Source of the DNA: Escherichia coli | Lineage (GTDB): Bacteria; Pseudomonadota; Gammaproteobacteria; Enterobacterales; Enterobacteriaceae | Length of the DNA stretch: 64,000 nucleotides | Assembly (NCBI RefSeq): GCF_024298765.1 | Contig: NZ_CP101210.1 | Strand: one strand, 5' to 3' | Part shown: one piece after another, positions 1 to 9,776 of the stretch | How positions within the stretch are numbered: the stretch's first letter is position 1 | Layout: each line of letters starts with the position of its first letter | Notes under the pieces: generated by a model | Seen by the model: only the letters and a program-made list of their open reading frames with translations | Told to the model about the DNA's origin: nothing | Database searches by the model: none | Program-made: the position numbers and the translations under genes

Positions 1-209
1 CTAATGCTGGGGCGTTAAAAGCCGGGGGTATGGTGGCTTCAATGGATCAGGGCGGTTCTCCCATTACCTGGTTACTGATTCAGGTTTTCTCCCCGCAAAA
101 TATTCCCGGTTTCATTATTATCGGTGCAATTTATCTGACCGGTATTTTCATGACCTGGCGTAGAGCGCGTGGCTTTATTAAACAAGAGAAAGTCGTTCTC
201 GCAGAATAA
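1..209 (+). CDS. gatC: PTS galactitol-specific EIIC component, 3' end (partial, runs off window start)
   Basis: In-frame translation ...GALKAGGMVASMDQGGSPITWLLIQVFSPQNIPGFIIIGAIYLTGIFMTWRRARGFIKQEKVVLAE, stop TAA at 207-209; directly upstream of gatD as in the gat operon. Confidence 0.8.
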   Translation, partial: NAGALKAGGMVASMDQGGSPITWLLIQVFSPQNIPGFIIIGAIYLTGIFMTWRRARGFIKQEKVVLAE

Positions 210-256
210 TTTTTACCTGAGGGGGAGGTTATCCCCCTTAACAATCAGGAGTTTTT

Positions 257-1297
257 ATGAAATCAGTGGTGAATGATACTGATGGTATCGTGCGCGTTGC
301 AGAAAGCGTCATTCCTGAAATTAAACATCAGGATGAGGTGCGGGTAAAAATTGCCAGCTCGGGCTTATGTGGTTCCGATTTACCCAGGATATTTAAAAAT
401 GGTGCACATTATTATCCAATAACGTTAGGCCATGAATTTAGCGGCTATATTGATGCGGTGGGATCCGGTGTTGATGATTTACACCCTGGCGATGCGGTTG
501 CCTGTGTGCCGTTATTACCCTGTTTTACTTGTCCAGAGTGTCTGAAAGGGTTTTATTCCCAGTGCGCAAAATATGATTTTATTGGCTCGCGGCGTGATGG
601 TGGATTTGCTGAATATATTGTCGTTAAGCGAAAAAATGTCTTTGCTCTACCCACGGATATGCCTATTGAGGATGGGGCTTTTATTGAGCCGATTACCGTT
701 GGTCTGCATGCTTTTCATTTAGCGCAAGGTTGTGAGAATAAAAACGTTATTATTATTGGTGCCGGAACCATTGGCCTGCTGGCCATTCAGTGCGCTGTCG
801 CGCTGGGAGCAAAGAGTGTGACGGCGATCGACATTAGTTCAGAAAAACTGGCACTGGCAAAATCTTTCGGTGCGATGCAAACATTTAACAGTAGCGAAAT
901 GAGCGCGCCGCAAATGCAGAGCGTTTTACGCGAACTGCGCTTTAATCAGCTTATCCTCGAGACGGCTGGCGTACCGCAAACTGTCGAACTGGCGGTAGAG
1001 ATTGCCGGTCCTCATGCCCAACTGGCGCTGGTGGGCACGTTGCATCAGGATCTGCATTTAACATCGGCAACGTTTGGCAAAATATTGCGTAAAGAGCTGA
1101 CGGTTATCGGCAGTTGGATGAACTACTCCAGCCCTTGGCCGGGGCAGGAGTGGGAAACGGCGAGCCGGTTGCTGACAGAACGTAAGTTAAGCCTGGAGCC
1201 ATTAATCGCTCACCGTGGAAGCTTTGAAAGCTTCGCCCAGGCGGTGCGTGACATCGCTCGTAATGCTATGCCGGGCAAAGTGTTGCTCATTCCCTGA
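257..1297 (+). CDS. gatD: galactitol-1-phosphate 5-dehydrogenase (Zn-dependent alcohol dehydrogenase family)
   Basis: 346 aa ORF; MDR/Zn-ADH motifs (GHEFSG, cysteine cluster CxxCxxC, Rossmann GAGTIGL); gat operon context. Confidence 0.9.
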   Translation: MKSVVNDTDGIVRVAESVIPEIKHQDEVRVKIASSGLCGSDLPRIFKNGAHYYPITLGHEFSGYIDAVGSGVDDLHPGDAVACVPLLPCFTCPECLKGFYSQCAKYDFIGSRRDGGFAEYIVVKRKNVFALPTDMPIEDGAFIEPITVGLHAFHLAQGCENKNVIIIGAGTIGLLAIQCAVALGAKSVTAIDISSEKLALAKSFGAMQTFNSSEMSAPQMQSVLRELRFNQLILETAGVPQTVELAVEIAGPHAQLALVGTLHQDLHLTSATFGKILRKELTVIGSWMNYSSPWPGQEWETASRLLTERKLSLEPLIAHRGSFESFAQAVRDIARNAMPGKVLLIP

Positions 1298-1396
1298 AAC
1301 CGCGGGCCAGCGTGATGCTGGCCCGGTATTGTGCAAAACAGATCATTCACCAATGGTCCCCCTTCGTTTACACTAGCCACAATTGAATATGGGTAA

Positions 1397-2176
1397 ATGA
1401 CGATGAATTCATTCGAGCGAAGGAATAAGATCATCCAATTAGTGAATGAACAGGGAACCGTGCTTGTTCAGGATCTGGCGGGAGTATTTGCTGCCTCGGA
1501 AGCGACAATCCGTGCCGATTTGCGCTTTCTCGAACAAAAAGGCGTGGTTACGCGCTTTCATGGCGGTGCGGCGAAAATAATGTCTGGTAATAGTGAAACC
1601 GAGACCCAGGAAGTCGGGTTTAAAGAGCGATTTCAGCTCGCCAGCGCGCCAAAAAACAGAATAGCGCAGGCGGCAGTCAAAATGATCCACGAAGGGATGA
1701 CCGTTATTCTCGACAGCGGAAGTACGACAATGCTTATCGCCGAAGGATTAATGACCGCCAAAAATATCACGGTGATTACCAACAGTCTCCCGGCAGCGTT
1801 TGCCCTTTCCGAAAATAAAGACATTACTCTGGTCGTCTGTGGTGGCACGGTCCGCCATAAAACGCGCTCGATGCATGGTTCCATTGCCGAGCGTTCATTA
1901 CAGGATATTAATGCCGATTTAATGTTTGTCGGTGCTGATGGTATTGATGCGGTTAATGGTATTACGACCTTTAATGAAGGTTATTCTATTAGCGGTGCGA
2001 TGGTCACAGCCGCTAATAAAGTGATTGCCGTTCTCGATTCATCGAAATTTAACCGTCGCGGTTTTAATCAGGTACTACCAATCGAAAAAATTGACATTAT
2101 TATTACCGATGATGCTGTGTCAGAGGTGGATAAACTGGCATTGCAGAAGACGCGGGTAAAATTAATTACGGTGTAG
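1397..2176 (+). CDS. gatR: DeoR-family transcriptional repressor of the galactitol operon (intact)
   Basis: 259 aa ORF with N-terminal HTH and DeoR sugar-binding C-terminal domain; position after gatD. Confidence 0.85.
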   Translation: MTMNSFERRNKIIQLVNEQGTVLVQDLAGVFAASEATIRADLRFLEQKGVVTRFHGGAAKIMSGNSETETQEVGFKERFQLASAPKNRIAQAAVKMIHEGMTVILDSGSTTMLIAEGLMTAKNITVITNSLPAAFALSENKDITLVVCGGTVRHKTRSMHGSIAERSLQDINADLMFVGADGIDAVNGITTFNEGYSISGAMVTAANKVIAVLDSSKFNRRGFNQVLPIEKIDIIITDDAVSEVDKLALQKTRVKLITV

Positions 2177-2257
2177 TATTGTTCTGTATGCCGGATAAGG
2201 TGTTTACACCGCATCCGGCATTACGGATTCTCCCTGGTTCAAGAGAGAATAGTTTGA

Positions 2258-3157
2258 TTAACGCAACAGTGGACAATCTGGTGGTAATCGACAACGCAAC
2301 GCTGCCGGAAGTATTTCAATATGAAAATTTTGCCCACTCAACGGTTCGCCATCAAGATTAAAGGTGATGTCGTGTGGTGCCTGAATATCAAACCACGACG
2401 AAGCGCCTTCGATAATATTCGGGTTATCTTCGTCAGATTTTAAGGTTGATACGAGAGCCGGAAGTATTTCATCGCCGGTAAAAATGCGCAGTTGCAGCAA
2501 GCCATCGTTAATTAACGCGTTCGGACACAATTGCTGACCGCCACCGGCCTGACGCCCGTTACCAATACCAATGACCAGGGCGTCACCTTGCCAGTGAAAG
2601 TTTTCACCGCGGATTTCACAACGGTCCGGTTGCAGAGTATCCATACGCATTAAGCCATGAATGATGTAAGAGACGCTACCCAGCGCGGCTTTTAATTTTT
2701 CCGGCGTTTCTGTGGTAATACGCGTCCCAAATCCGCCTGTCGCCATATTAATAAAACAGGTTTGTTTGTTGACCTGCGCCATATCTATCGCAATGGCGTC
2801 ACCGGCAATTGCCAGTTTCAGCGCCTTATCCAGTGCCTCAGGAATCCCTACACTGGTGGCAAAATCATTGGCGGTTCCTAATGGCAAAATTCCCAGCGCG
2901 GGTATGTCATCCCCCTCACACTGAATCAACGCCGTAGAAACTTCATTAATGGTGCCATCGCCACCACCGGCAATCACCGTTGCGACGCCCAACTTCCGGG
3001 CCTCCTCTACATATCGTGCGGCATCGCCTTTCTCCCAGGTGACCCGCACATGGATCGTCATTCCTTCCTCACGCAACAGCATAATTGCTTCGCGCAAGGG
3101 TAGATTGTCAGTACTTTTGCCATTAAGAATCAGTAAGCTGGCGGGAAATTCTGCCAT
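2258..3157 (-). CDS. yegS: lipid kinase YegS (diacylglycerol kinase catalytic domain family)
   Basis: 299 aa; GGDGT motif ([13 protein letters not shown]); matches recalled YegS sequence. Confidence 0.9.
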   Translation of the reverse strand: MAEFPASLLILNGKSTDNLPLREAIMLLREEGMTIHVRVTWEKGDAARYVEEARKLGVATVIAGGGDGTINEVSTALIQCEGDDIPALGILPLGTANDFATSVGIPEALDKALKLAIAGDAIAIDMAQVNKQTCFINMATGGFGTRITTETPEKLKAALGSVSYIIHGLMRMDTLQPDRCEIRGENFHWQGDALVIGIGNGRQAGGGQQLCPNALINDGLLQLRIFTGDEILPALVSTLKSDEDNPNIIEGASSWFDIQAPHDITFNLDGEPLSGQNFHIEILPAALRCRLPPDCPLLR

Positions 3158-3562
3158 GATCGTATGTGCCTTTATGATTGGTCTGTAGATAGTGTAGAGC
3201 AGAAAACAAAAGGTGGAGTCAGAACAGGATGAAAGTCGGAGGATAAAAAGTCAGTTCAAGTATGGAGGATTCAGTGGTTACCACCAGGAGCTTGCAATGG
3301 GGACAGCGAATACTAACGGCTGCCACCGATAAATTTCAAAAAAGAGCATATACCTAATATTCAACTAAACAGTGGCATCTTCAATATAATATATTAAAGC
3401 CCCCATGGAGTTACCCTGAAGGGCCTCAATGTCCGTAATTCCTACTTATGTAGGAAATGTTGTACAGAACATTTATTATAATCCTATTCAATTATAATAA
3501 TCATGCCATTATTATATTTAAACACTAGAGAGTGTCGTTGGTATTTAATGGGGGAAGGTGAG

Positions 3563-3880
3563 ATGAAAAAGATAGCTGCTATATCATTAATTAGTATTTT
3601 TATTATGTCTGGTTGTGCTGTGCATAATGATGAGACAAGTATCGGTAAATTTGGTCTTGCATATAAAAGTAATATTCAGCGTAAACTTGATAACCAATAC
3701 TACACCGAAGCCGAAGCTTCTTTAGCCAGGGGTAGAATATCTGGTGCAGAAAATATAGTAAAAAATGATGCAACTCATTTCTGTGTTACTCAGGGCAAAA
3801 AAATGCAAATAGTTGAGCTGAAGACAGAAGGTGTAGGATTACATGGTGTCGCTCGTCTGACATTCAAATGTGGAGAGTGA
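3563..3880 (+). CDS. yegR: small lipoprotein YegR (105 aa)
   Basis: Internal ATG at 3563 gives MKKIAAISLISIFIMSGC signal peptide with lipobox; AT-rich; the ORF-track start at 3503 is an upstream extension. Confidence 0.75.
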   Translation: MKKIAAISLISIFIMSGCAVHNDETSIGKFGLAYKSNIQRKLDNQYYTEAEASLARGRISGAENIVKNDATHFCVTQGKKMQIVELKTEGVGLHGVARLTFKCGE

Positions 3881-4037
3881 GAATATTTTTTGGTAAGCGT
3901 CAAATATGCGCGTTCTGGCTGTGCGTAGCCGGAACCTGTGGGAGCACGATGCCGATAAGTGAAAGGCATCGTGCTATGAAGGAGGATTCTATCGATGTGG
4001 TCAATGGAAGACGGTTACCAGAGATAGGGCTTATGCA

Positions 4038-4073
4038 TAAAAAAATAAGCCCGTGTAAGGGAGATTACACAGG
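4038..4073 (-). terminator. putative Rho-independent terminator downstream of yegQ
   Basis: Inverted repeat ccgtgtaa...ttacacagg (4050-4073) followed on the minus strand by a T-rich run (plus strand aaaaaaataag). Confidence 0.4.
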
Positions 4074-4210
4074 CTAAGGAGGTGGTTCCTGGTACAGCTA
4101 GCATTTTATGGGTTATGTTTTTCAGCGAAACGGATGATAACCTTAATAAATGCAGCTGTATGTGATCGGTTTCTAAGAATTTTCCATCCGGGAAAAATAA
4201 TCGAAATTAA

Positions 4211-5572
4211 TCACTTACCGTGTGGGTTACGCGTGGTTTCCCCGGAGAAATTACGCATCAGCAGAGCGTAATTGAGCTCAAGATCCTGCGGGACCGGGAG
4301 CCACACAGTATAACCATCGCCTGGTGCGACCGGCATCGCTTCACCTTTGGCGTTTTCCATGTGCTCAAGGGTAAAGTTAATGTTGCCTTGCGGCGTCATC
4401 AGCTCAAGGCTGTCGCCAACGGAGAATTTATTTTTCACCGCTACCGCCGCGAGGTCCCCCTTGCGCTCACCGGTAAACTCACCAACAAACTGCTGGCGGT
4501 CAGAAACTGAATAACCGTATTCGTAGTTCTGATAATCGTCGTGAGTATGACGACGCAGGAAACCTTCGGTATAGCCACGATGCGCCAGACCTTCCAGAGT
4601 TTCCAGCAGGCTGGTATCGAACGGTTTGCCCGCAGCGGCGTCATCGATAGCTTTACGGTAAACCTGTGCGGTGCGTGCGCAATAGTAGAAAGATTTAGTA
4701 CGGCCTTCGATTTTCAGCGAATGCACGCCCATTTTGGTCAGGCGTTCTACATGGGCGATGGCGCGCAGATCTTTCGAGTTCATGATGTAAGTGCCGTGCT
4801 CATCTTCAAACGCGGTCATATACTCGCCCGGACGCTGGGCTTCTTCGATCATAAACACTTTGTCGGTTGGCGCGCCGATACCCAGCGTCGGCTCAACATT
4901 TTGCACCGGAATCGGCTCGTACTTGTGTACGATGTTGCCAACGTCATCTTCTTTCCCTTCCTGGACGTTGTACTCCCAGCGGCAGGCGTTGGTGCAGGTA
5001 CCCTGGTTCGGATCGCGCTTGTTGATATAGCCAGAGAGCAGGCAGCGACCGGAGTAGGCCATGCACAGTGCGCCGTGAACGAAGATCTCGATCTCCATAT
5101 CCGGCACCTGATTGCGGATCTCTTCAATCTCTTCCAGCGACAGCTCGCGAGAGAGGATCACGCGGGTCAGGCCCATTTGCTGCCAGAATTTCACCGTCGC
5201 CCAGTTTACGGCGTTAGCCTGCACCGAGAGGTGGATCGGCATTTCAGGGAAGTGCTCACGCACCAGCATAATCAGCCCTGGATCGGACATAATCAGCGCA
5301 TCCGGCCCCATTTCCACCACCGGTTTCAGGTCACGGATAAAGGTTTTCAGCTTGGCGTTGTGCGGTGCAATGTTGACCACGACATAAAACTTTTTCCCCA
5401 GCGCGTGGGCTTCATTGATGCCGAGCTGAAGATTTTCGTGGTTGAATTCGTTGTTGCGCACACGCAGGGAGTAACGCGGCTGGCCCGCATAAACAGCATC
5501 TGCGCCATAAGCGAAAGCGTAACGCATATTTTTCAGCGTTCCCGCCGGGGAAAGGAGTTCCGGTTTAAACAT
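4211..5572 (-). CDS. yegQ: peptidase U32 family protein YegQ
   Basis: 453 aa ORF; matches recalled YegQ (collagenase-like U32 peptidase family). Confidence 0.85.
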   Translation of the reverse strand: MFKPELLSPAGTLKNMRYAFAYGADAVYAGQPRYSLRVRNNEFNHENLQLGINEAHALGKKFYVVVNIAPHNAKLKTFIRDLKPVVEMGPDALIMSDPGLIMLVREHFPEMPIHLSVQANAVNWATVKFWQQMGLTRVILSRELSLEEIEEIRNQVPDMEIEIFVHGALCMAYSGRCLLSGYINKRDPNQGTCTNACRWEYNVQEGKEDDVGNIVHKYEPIPVQNVEPTLGIGAPTDKVFMIEEAQRPGEYMTAFEDEHGTYIMNSKDLRAIAHVERLTKMGVHSLKIEGRTKSFYYCARTAQVYRKAIDDAAAGKPFDTSLLETLEGLAHRGYTEGFLRRHTHDDYQNYEYGYSVSDRQQFVGEFTGERKGDLAAVAVKNKFSVGDSLELMTPQGNINFTLEHMENAKGEAMPVAPGDGYTVWLPVPQDLELNYALLMRNFSGETTRNPHGK

Positions 5573-5718
5573 AATTCTCTCGTTCTGATGACAGGTCAGA
5601 TCCGCTTCACCTGATGAAGCGGTTAGGGGAGTGCCCCCACTTTAAGGGCGGGCATTGTAGCGCTGTGGGGGGATCTGGTAAAGCGCCGGACGCCAACAAC
5701 CCACGCCCGGCATCGTAA

Positions 5719-6051
5719 TTACGTATTGTCTTTCACCGTCTGGCTTGTGCCATTGGCTTTAACGGAGGCAATCCCGGTTTCACGAGATTGCGCGGTGGCG
5801 TACATCTGGCTGGAGCCGATAATTTGATGATTAGCGGCTTTCAGATTGAAATAGAATTTGCCGTTACTTGCCGTTTTTTTCTCATAGCGTTCTTCTTGCG
5901 GGCTGTTGCTACGCACCGACGCGATGCCCTTTTCCGCAGAGGCTTTTGAGGTATAAAGCTCGCTGGTGAGGATAGTCTCACCATTGCCCGCTTTTAGCAC
6001 AAACCGGAACTGATTATCACTGCTCTTACTGAGTTCAAACCAACCAGCCAT
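5719..6051 (-). CDS. yegP: UPF0339 family protein YegP (tandem DUF1508 repeats)
   Basis: Two internal repeats (KAGNGETILTSELYTSKASAEKGIASV / KAANHQIIGSSQMYATAQSRETGIASV); 110 aa from the internal Met. Confidence 0.75.
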   Translation of the reverse strand: MAGWFELSKSSDNQFRFVLKAGNGETILTSELYTSKASAEKGIASVRSNSPQEERYEKKTASNGKFYFNLKAANHQIIGSSQMYATAQSRETGIASVKANGTSQTVKDNT

Positions 6052-6241
6052 AATGACTCCTTGATTGAAATTGTGTATCGAAAACAGCATCTAAAGGTGC
6101 TGTTTACCGATTAAAGTATGAGCGATTTTCTGATGCCTGCCAGGGCGGAGAGATAATGTCAGTTTGCTGACCATGCGTGGGATAATGTTGCCGGATCTGG
6201 TCTGAACGCCATCTCCGGCTAACAAAATAATGTCGCTAAAA

Positions 6242-6964
6242 CTAAACGATGCGGCAGGCGTCGGCTTCCCAGCGGTAACCGACGCCATAAACGGCGCGGA
6301 TAAATGACTGTTCGGCGTCGAGAGATTCCAGCTTGCGGCGCAGGTTTTTAATGTGGCTGTCGATGGTGCGGTCGGTTACTACGCGGTAGTCGTCATAAAG
6401 ATGATTGAGCAATTGCTCGCGGGAGAACACTTTTCCTGGTTCGTGAGAGAGCGTTTTCAGCAGACGAAATTCCGCAGGCGTCAGGTCAAGCATTTTACCG
6501 CGCCATGAAGCCTGAAAACGACCTTCGTCGATAATCAACGGGCTTTCAGCATCCTGTTGCTGCAACTCGCGCTGCGGTTTGCAACGGCGCAAAATGGTTT
6601 TGACGCGCGCTACCACTTCCCGTGGGCTGTACGGCTTACAGATATAATCATCTGCGCCAATCTCCAGCCCCAGCAGGCGATCGATCTCTTCGATTTTTGC
6701 CGTCACCATCACGATCGGAATGTCAGAAAAACGACGAATTTCCCGGCACAGCGTCAGGCCATCGGTGCCAGGGAGCATCAGATCTAACAGGATCAGATCC
6801 GGTGGTGTCTGGCGCACATACGGCAGTACCTGATCGCCGTGGCTGATAAGCGTCGGCGCATAGCTCGCAGCACGCAGATAATCAATGAGCAACTGCCCCA
6901 GCTTCGGTTCATCTTCCACGATCAAAATACGCGGTGTGTTTTCGTCGATTGGTAACTCGGTCAT
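6242..6964 (-). CDS. baeR: two-component response regulator BaeR (OmpR family)
   Basis: 240 aa; receiver domain (ILIVEDEP...[11 protein letters not shown]) plus winged-helix C-terminus; overlaps baeS stop. Confidence 0.9.
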
Positions 6965-8364
6965 ACTTCTCTCTGTAAATCCCGTTCCAGCGGTAACTCT
7001 ACTGTAATGCTTACCCCGCCAAAAGGCGAATGGGCAGCAATAATGCGACCATTATGTGCTTCAACAATGTTCAGGCAAATCGCCAGCCCCAGCCCGGAAC
7101 CGCCGCTGGCACGGTTGCGGGAACCTTCGGTGCGATAAAAACGTTCAAACAATTTTTGTAGCTGATCGTCACTGACACCTGGCGCACTGTCGGCAAAGGT
7201 CAGTCGCACCGTTTTGTCGCGCTGCCCGGCAGAGATTTGCAGGCTGCCGCCGCTGTCAGTGTAGCGCAGGCTGTTTTCCAGTAAGTTATTGAATAACTGC
7301 ATTAAACGGTCGCGATCGCCAAATACGGTAATACTGTCTGGCAGGGAAAATTGCAGTTTCAGGCCACGACTGGCGAATCGTTCGCGAAATGCGCCGCCCG
7401 CCACTTCCAGCAGTGGGATCAAATCTACCGGTGCTTTTTGATAGGCGAGAGCGCCTTCATCAGACATCGACAACTGATGGAGATCGTCAACCAGTTTGGT
7501 CAGTGTACCGACCTCCGCCTGTAAAGACGCCACCGTCTCCGGCGTGAATTTACGCACGCCATCCTGAATGGCTTCCAGTTCACCGCGCAGCACCGCTAAT
7601 GGCGTACGCAGTTCGTGAGAAATATCGGCCATAAAATCGCGCCGCATTTGCTGGTTTTTCTCCAGTGTGCTGGCAAGCTGGTTGAAGTCTTGCGCCAGTT
7701 TGCCCAGTTCATCTTCACTGGTGGGCGTTACGCGGGTAGTGAAATCGCCCGCCGCCAGTTTGTGCGTGCCATCGACAAGTCGTTTTACCGGTGCCAGTAA
7801 ACCGCGCGCCAGCAGAAAAGTGGCAAGTGCCGCGAGTAACGTTGCCAGGGCGACAATCAACCAGCTGGTTTGCCGCTGTTGTTTATCGAAATTGATATCA
7901 GTATTGCGCGTTAACCGCTCAACGGGGGAGGCGATCACCGCGCCCACTTCCGCACCGTTGACCAGAATGGGTCGCCGTGTACCGTCAGGTGGAATCGGCG
8001 CTCGTGGACCAACCAGCACTTTGTTGTTTTGATCAACCACCCAGAACTGGGTACGCCAGCCGTGCGGTGGCATACCCGGGCCGGGTTTATCTTCCGAATT
8101 ATCGTGTTCAAATGAACGCAGGATCTGAAAGACAAAGCGATCATTGTTGCGCAGGAAGCGCCAGTTGCCATGCTGCGCATACTGCTCGCCAAGCGCATCA
8201 CTTAACAGTTGTAATCGCTGTTCATTACCATGCTTGATGTAATCAATAAAGCCACGCTCAAAACTGATACGCACCGCCCAGTGCATACTGATCAGCAAGA
8301 CAATGCAGGTGGCGAAAATCGCCAGAAACAGTTTGCCGGTAATACCAGGTCGCCAGAACTTCAT
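6961..8364 (-). CDS. baeS: envelope-stress sensor histidine kinase BaeS
   Basis: 467 aa; two TM segments, HAMP, H-box ([11 protein letters not shown]), ATPase G-boxes. Confidence 0.9.
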
Positions 8365-9776
8365 TGCGCGCTCCTTTTTCGCCGCGAAATAGCTACATTT
8401 TGATGCGTATCGTTCGGCACTCTGGCAAAGATGAACGCCGGAAGGGCGATGATAAACGCCATGCTAAGCCAGGTGTACATAAAGACGGTTTGTGTGGTGC
8501 CGCTGTCGACGCTGACATGCTGCGAACCAAAAAGTCCCAGCAACAGCCCGGCGATGGTGACGCCGATACTCATCGACAATTGCATAATCATCGACAGCAG
8601 GCTGTTTCCGCTGCTCGCCAGATTGTCCGGGAGATCTTTCAGCGTCAGGGTGTTCATGGAGGAGAAACGCGTCGAGTTGACCATCCCTTGTAAAAACAGG
8701 ACGAACGGCAAAACGTAGTACCAGCCCAGCAGAGCGGTAGTCATAAACAACAGGGTGACCAGCGACAGACCCAGCGTGGTCGCTACCAGTACCCGACGAT
8801 AACCAAAGCGATTCACCACCTGTACCACAATTCGCTTCATTCCCATGCTGCCAAGCACCATCGGGATCATCATCAGTCCGGCATGAAACGGCGAGAAACC
8901 GAGGCCAATTTGCAGGAAAACCGGTGTCATAAAGGGCAACATGCCACTGCCAATACGTCCGGCAAAGCTCCCCGCCAGGCCCAGCGAAAAGGTACGAGTA
9001 CGGAACAGTTTCAGACTGAACAGGGCACGGTTGTTATTTCTGGCGTGCAGCAGATAAAGCACCAGTGCCACCACGCCAACTGCGACCAGGCCTGCAATCG
9101 TCAGCGGCGATAAACCTGTACCTTTACTGCCGTCCAGCGCCAGGGTTAATACCGCCATGCCAACCGCCAGCAATAAAAATCCGGAGAGATCAAAGCGCCG
9201 CGTCTGCATGGTGTAGTTTGGCATTAACAGCAATGTGGCGATCGCACCGATAATCCCCACCGGAATGTTGATCAAAAAGATACAGTGCCACGATGCGTAC
9301 TCCACCAGCAGACCGCCGAGCGCCGGACCGAGCAGCGGACCGACCTGACCGGGTAACGTGACAAAGGTCATCGCCGCCATATATTGCTCGCGCGGTACGA
9401 TTTTCATCACCGTCAATCTGCCGACCGGCACCATCATCGCGCCGCCAACGCCCTGTAACGCGCGTGCCAGCAACAGTTCGTTCAGCGTGCCGGAAAGCGC
9501 GCAAAACAGTGAACCGAGAGTAAACAGCACGATGGCGGTAAAGAAAATATTGCGCACGCCGACTTTGTCCGCCAGCCAGCCGCTGGCGGGCAGCATCACC
9601 GCCACGGTCAGCACATAAGAGACAATGACCATGTGCATATGCAACGGACTTTCCCCGAGGCTTTGCGCCATTGAGGGAAGGGCGGTGTTTACGATGGTGG
9701 TGTCCAGCGACTGCATAAAGAAGCCGAAAGCCACAATCCACAATTGCCAACGGGTGCTGTCGGGAAGATCTGTCAT
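8361..9776 (-). CDS. mdtD: MFS transporter MdtD
   Basis: 471 aa, 14-TM MFS-like; position between mdtC and baeS. Confidence 0.9.
   Translation of the reverse strand: MTDLPDSTRWQLWIVAFGFFMQSLDTTIVNTALPSMAQSLGESPLHMHMVIVSYVLTVAVMLPASGWLADKVGVRNIFFTAIVLFTLGSLFCALSGTLNELLLARALQGVGGAMMVPVGRLTVMKIVPREQYMAAMTFVTLPGQVGPLLGPALGGLLVEYASWHCIFLINIPVGIIGAIATLLLMPNYTMQTRRFDLSGFLLLAVGMAVLTLALDGSKGTGLSPLTIAGLVAVGVVALVLYLLHARNNNRALFSLKLFRTRTFSLGLAGSFAGRIGSGMLPFMTPVFLQIGLGFSPFHAGLMMIPMVLGSMGMKRIVVQVVNRFGYRRVLVATTLGLSLVTLLFMTTALLGWYYVLPFVLFLQGMVNSTRFSSMNTLTLKDLPDNLASSGNSLLSMIMQLSMSIGVTIAGLLLGLFGSQHVSVDSGTTQTVFMYTWLSMAFIIALPAFIFARVPNDTHQNVAISRRKRSAQ

Noticed and set aside
4541-5614. 357-aa plus-strand ORF antisense to yegQ
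   Set aside because: Entirely embedded opposite a well-supported gene; Arg/His-rich low-complexity translation typical of a shadow ORF in GC-rich coding DNA.
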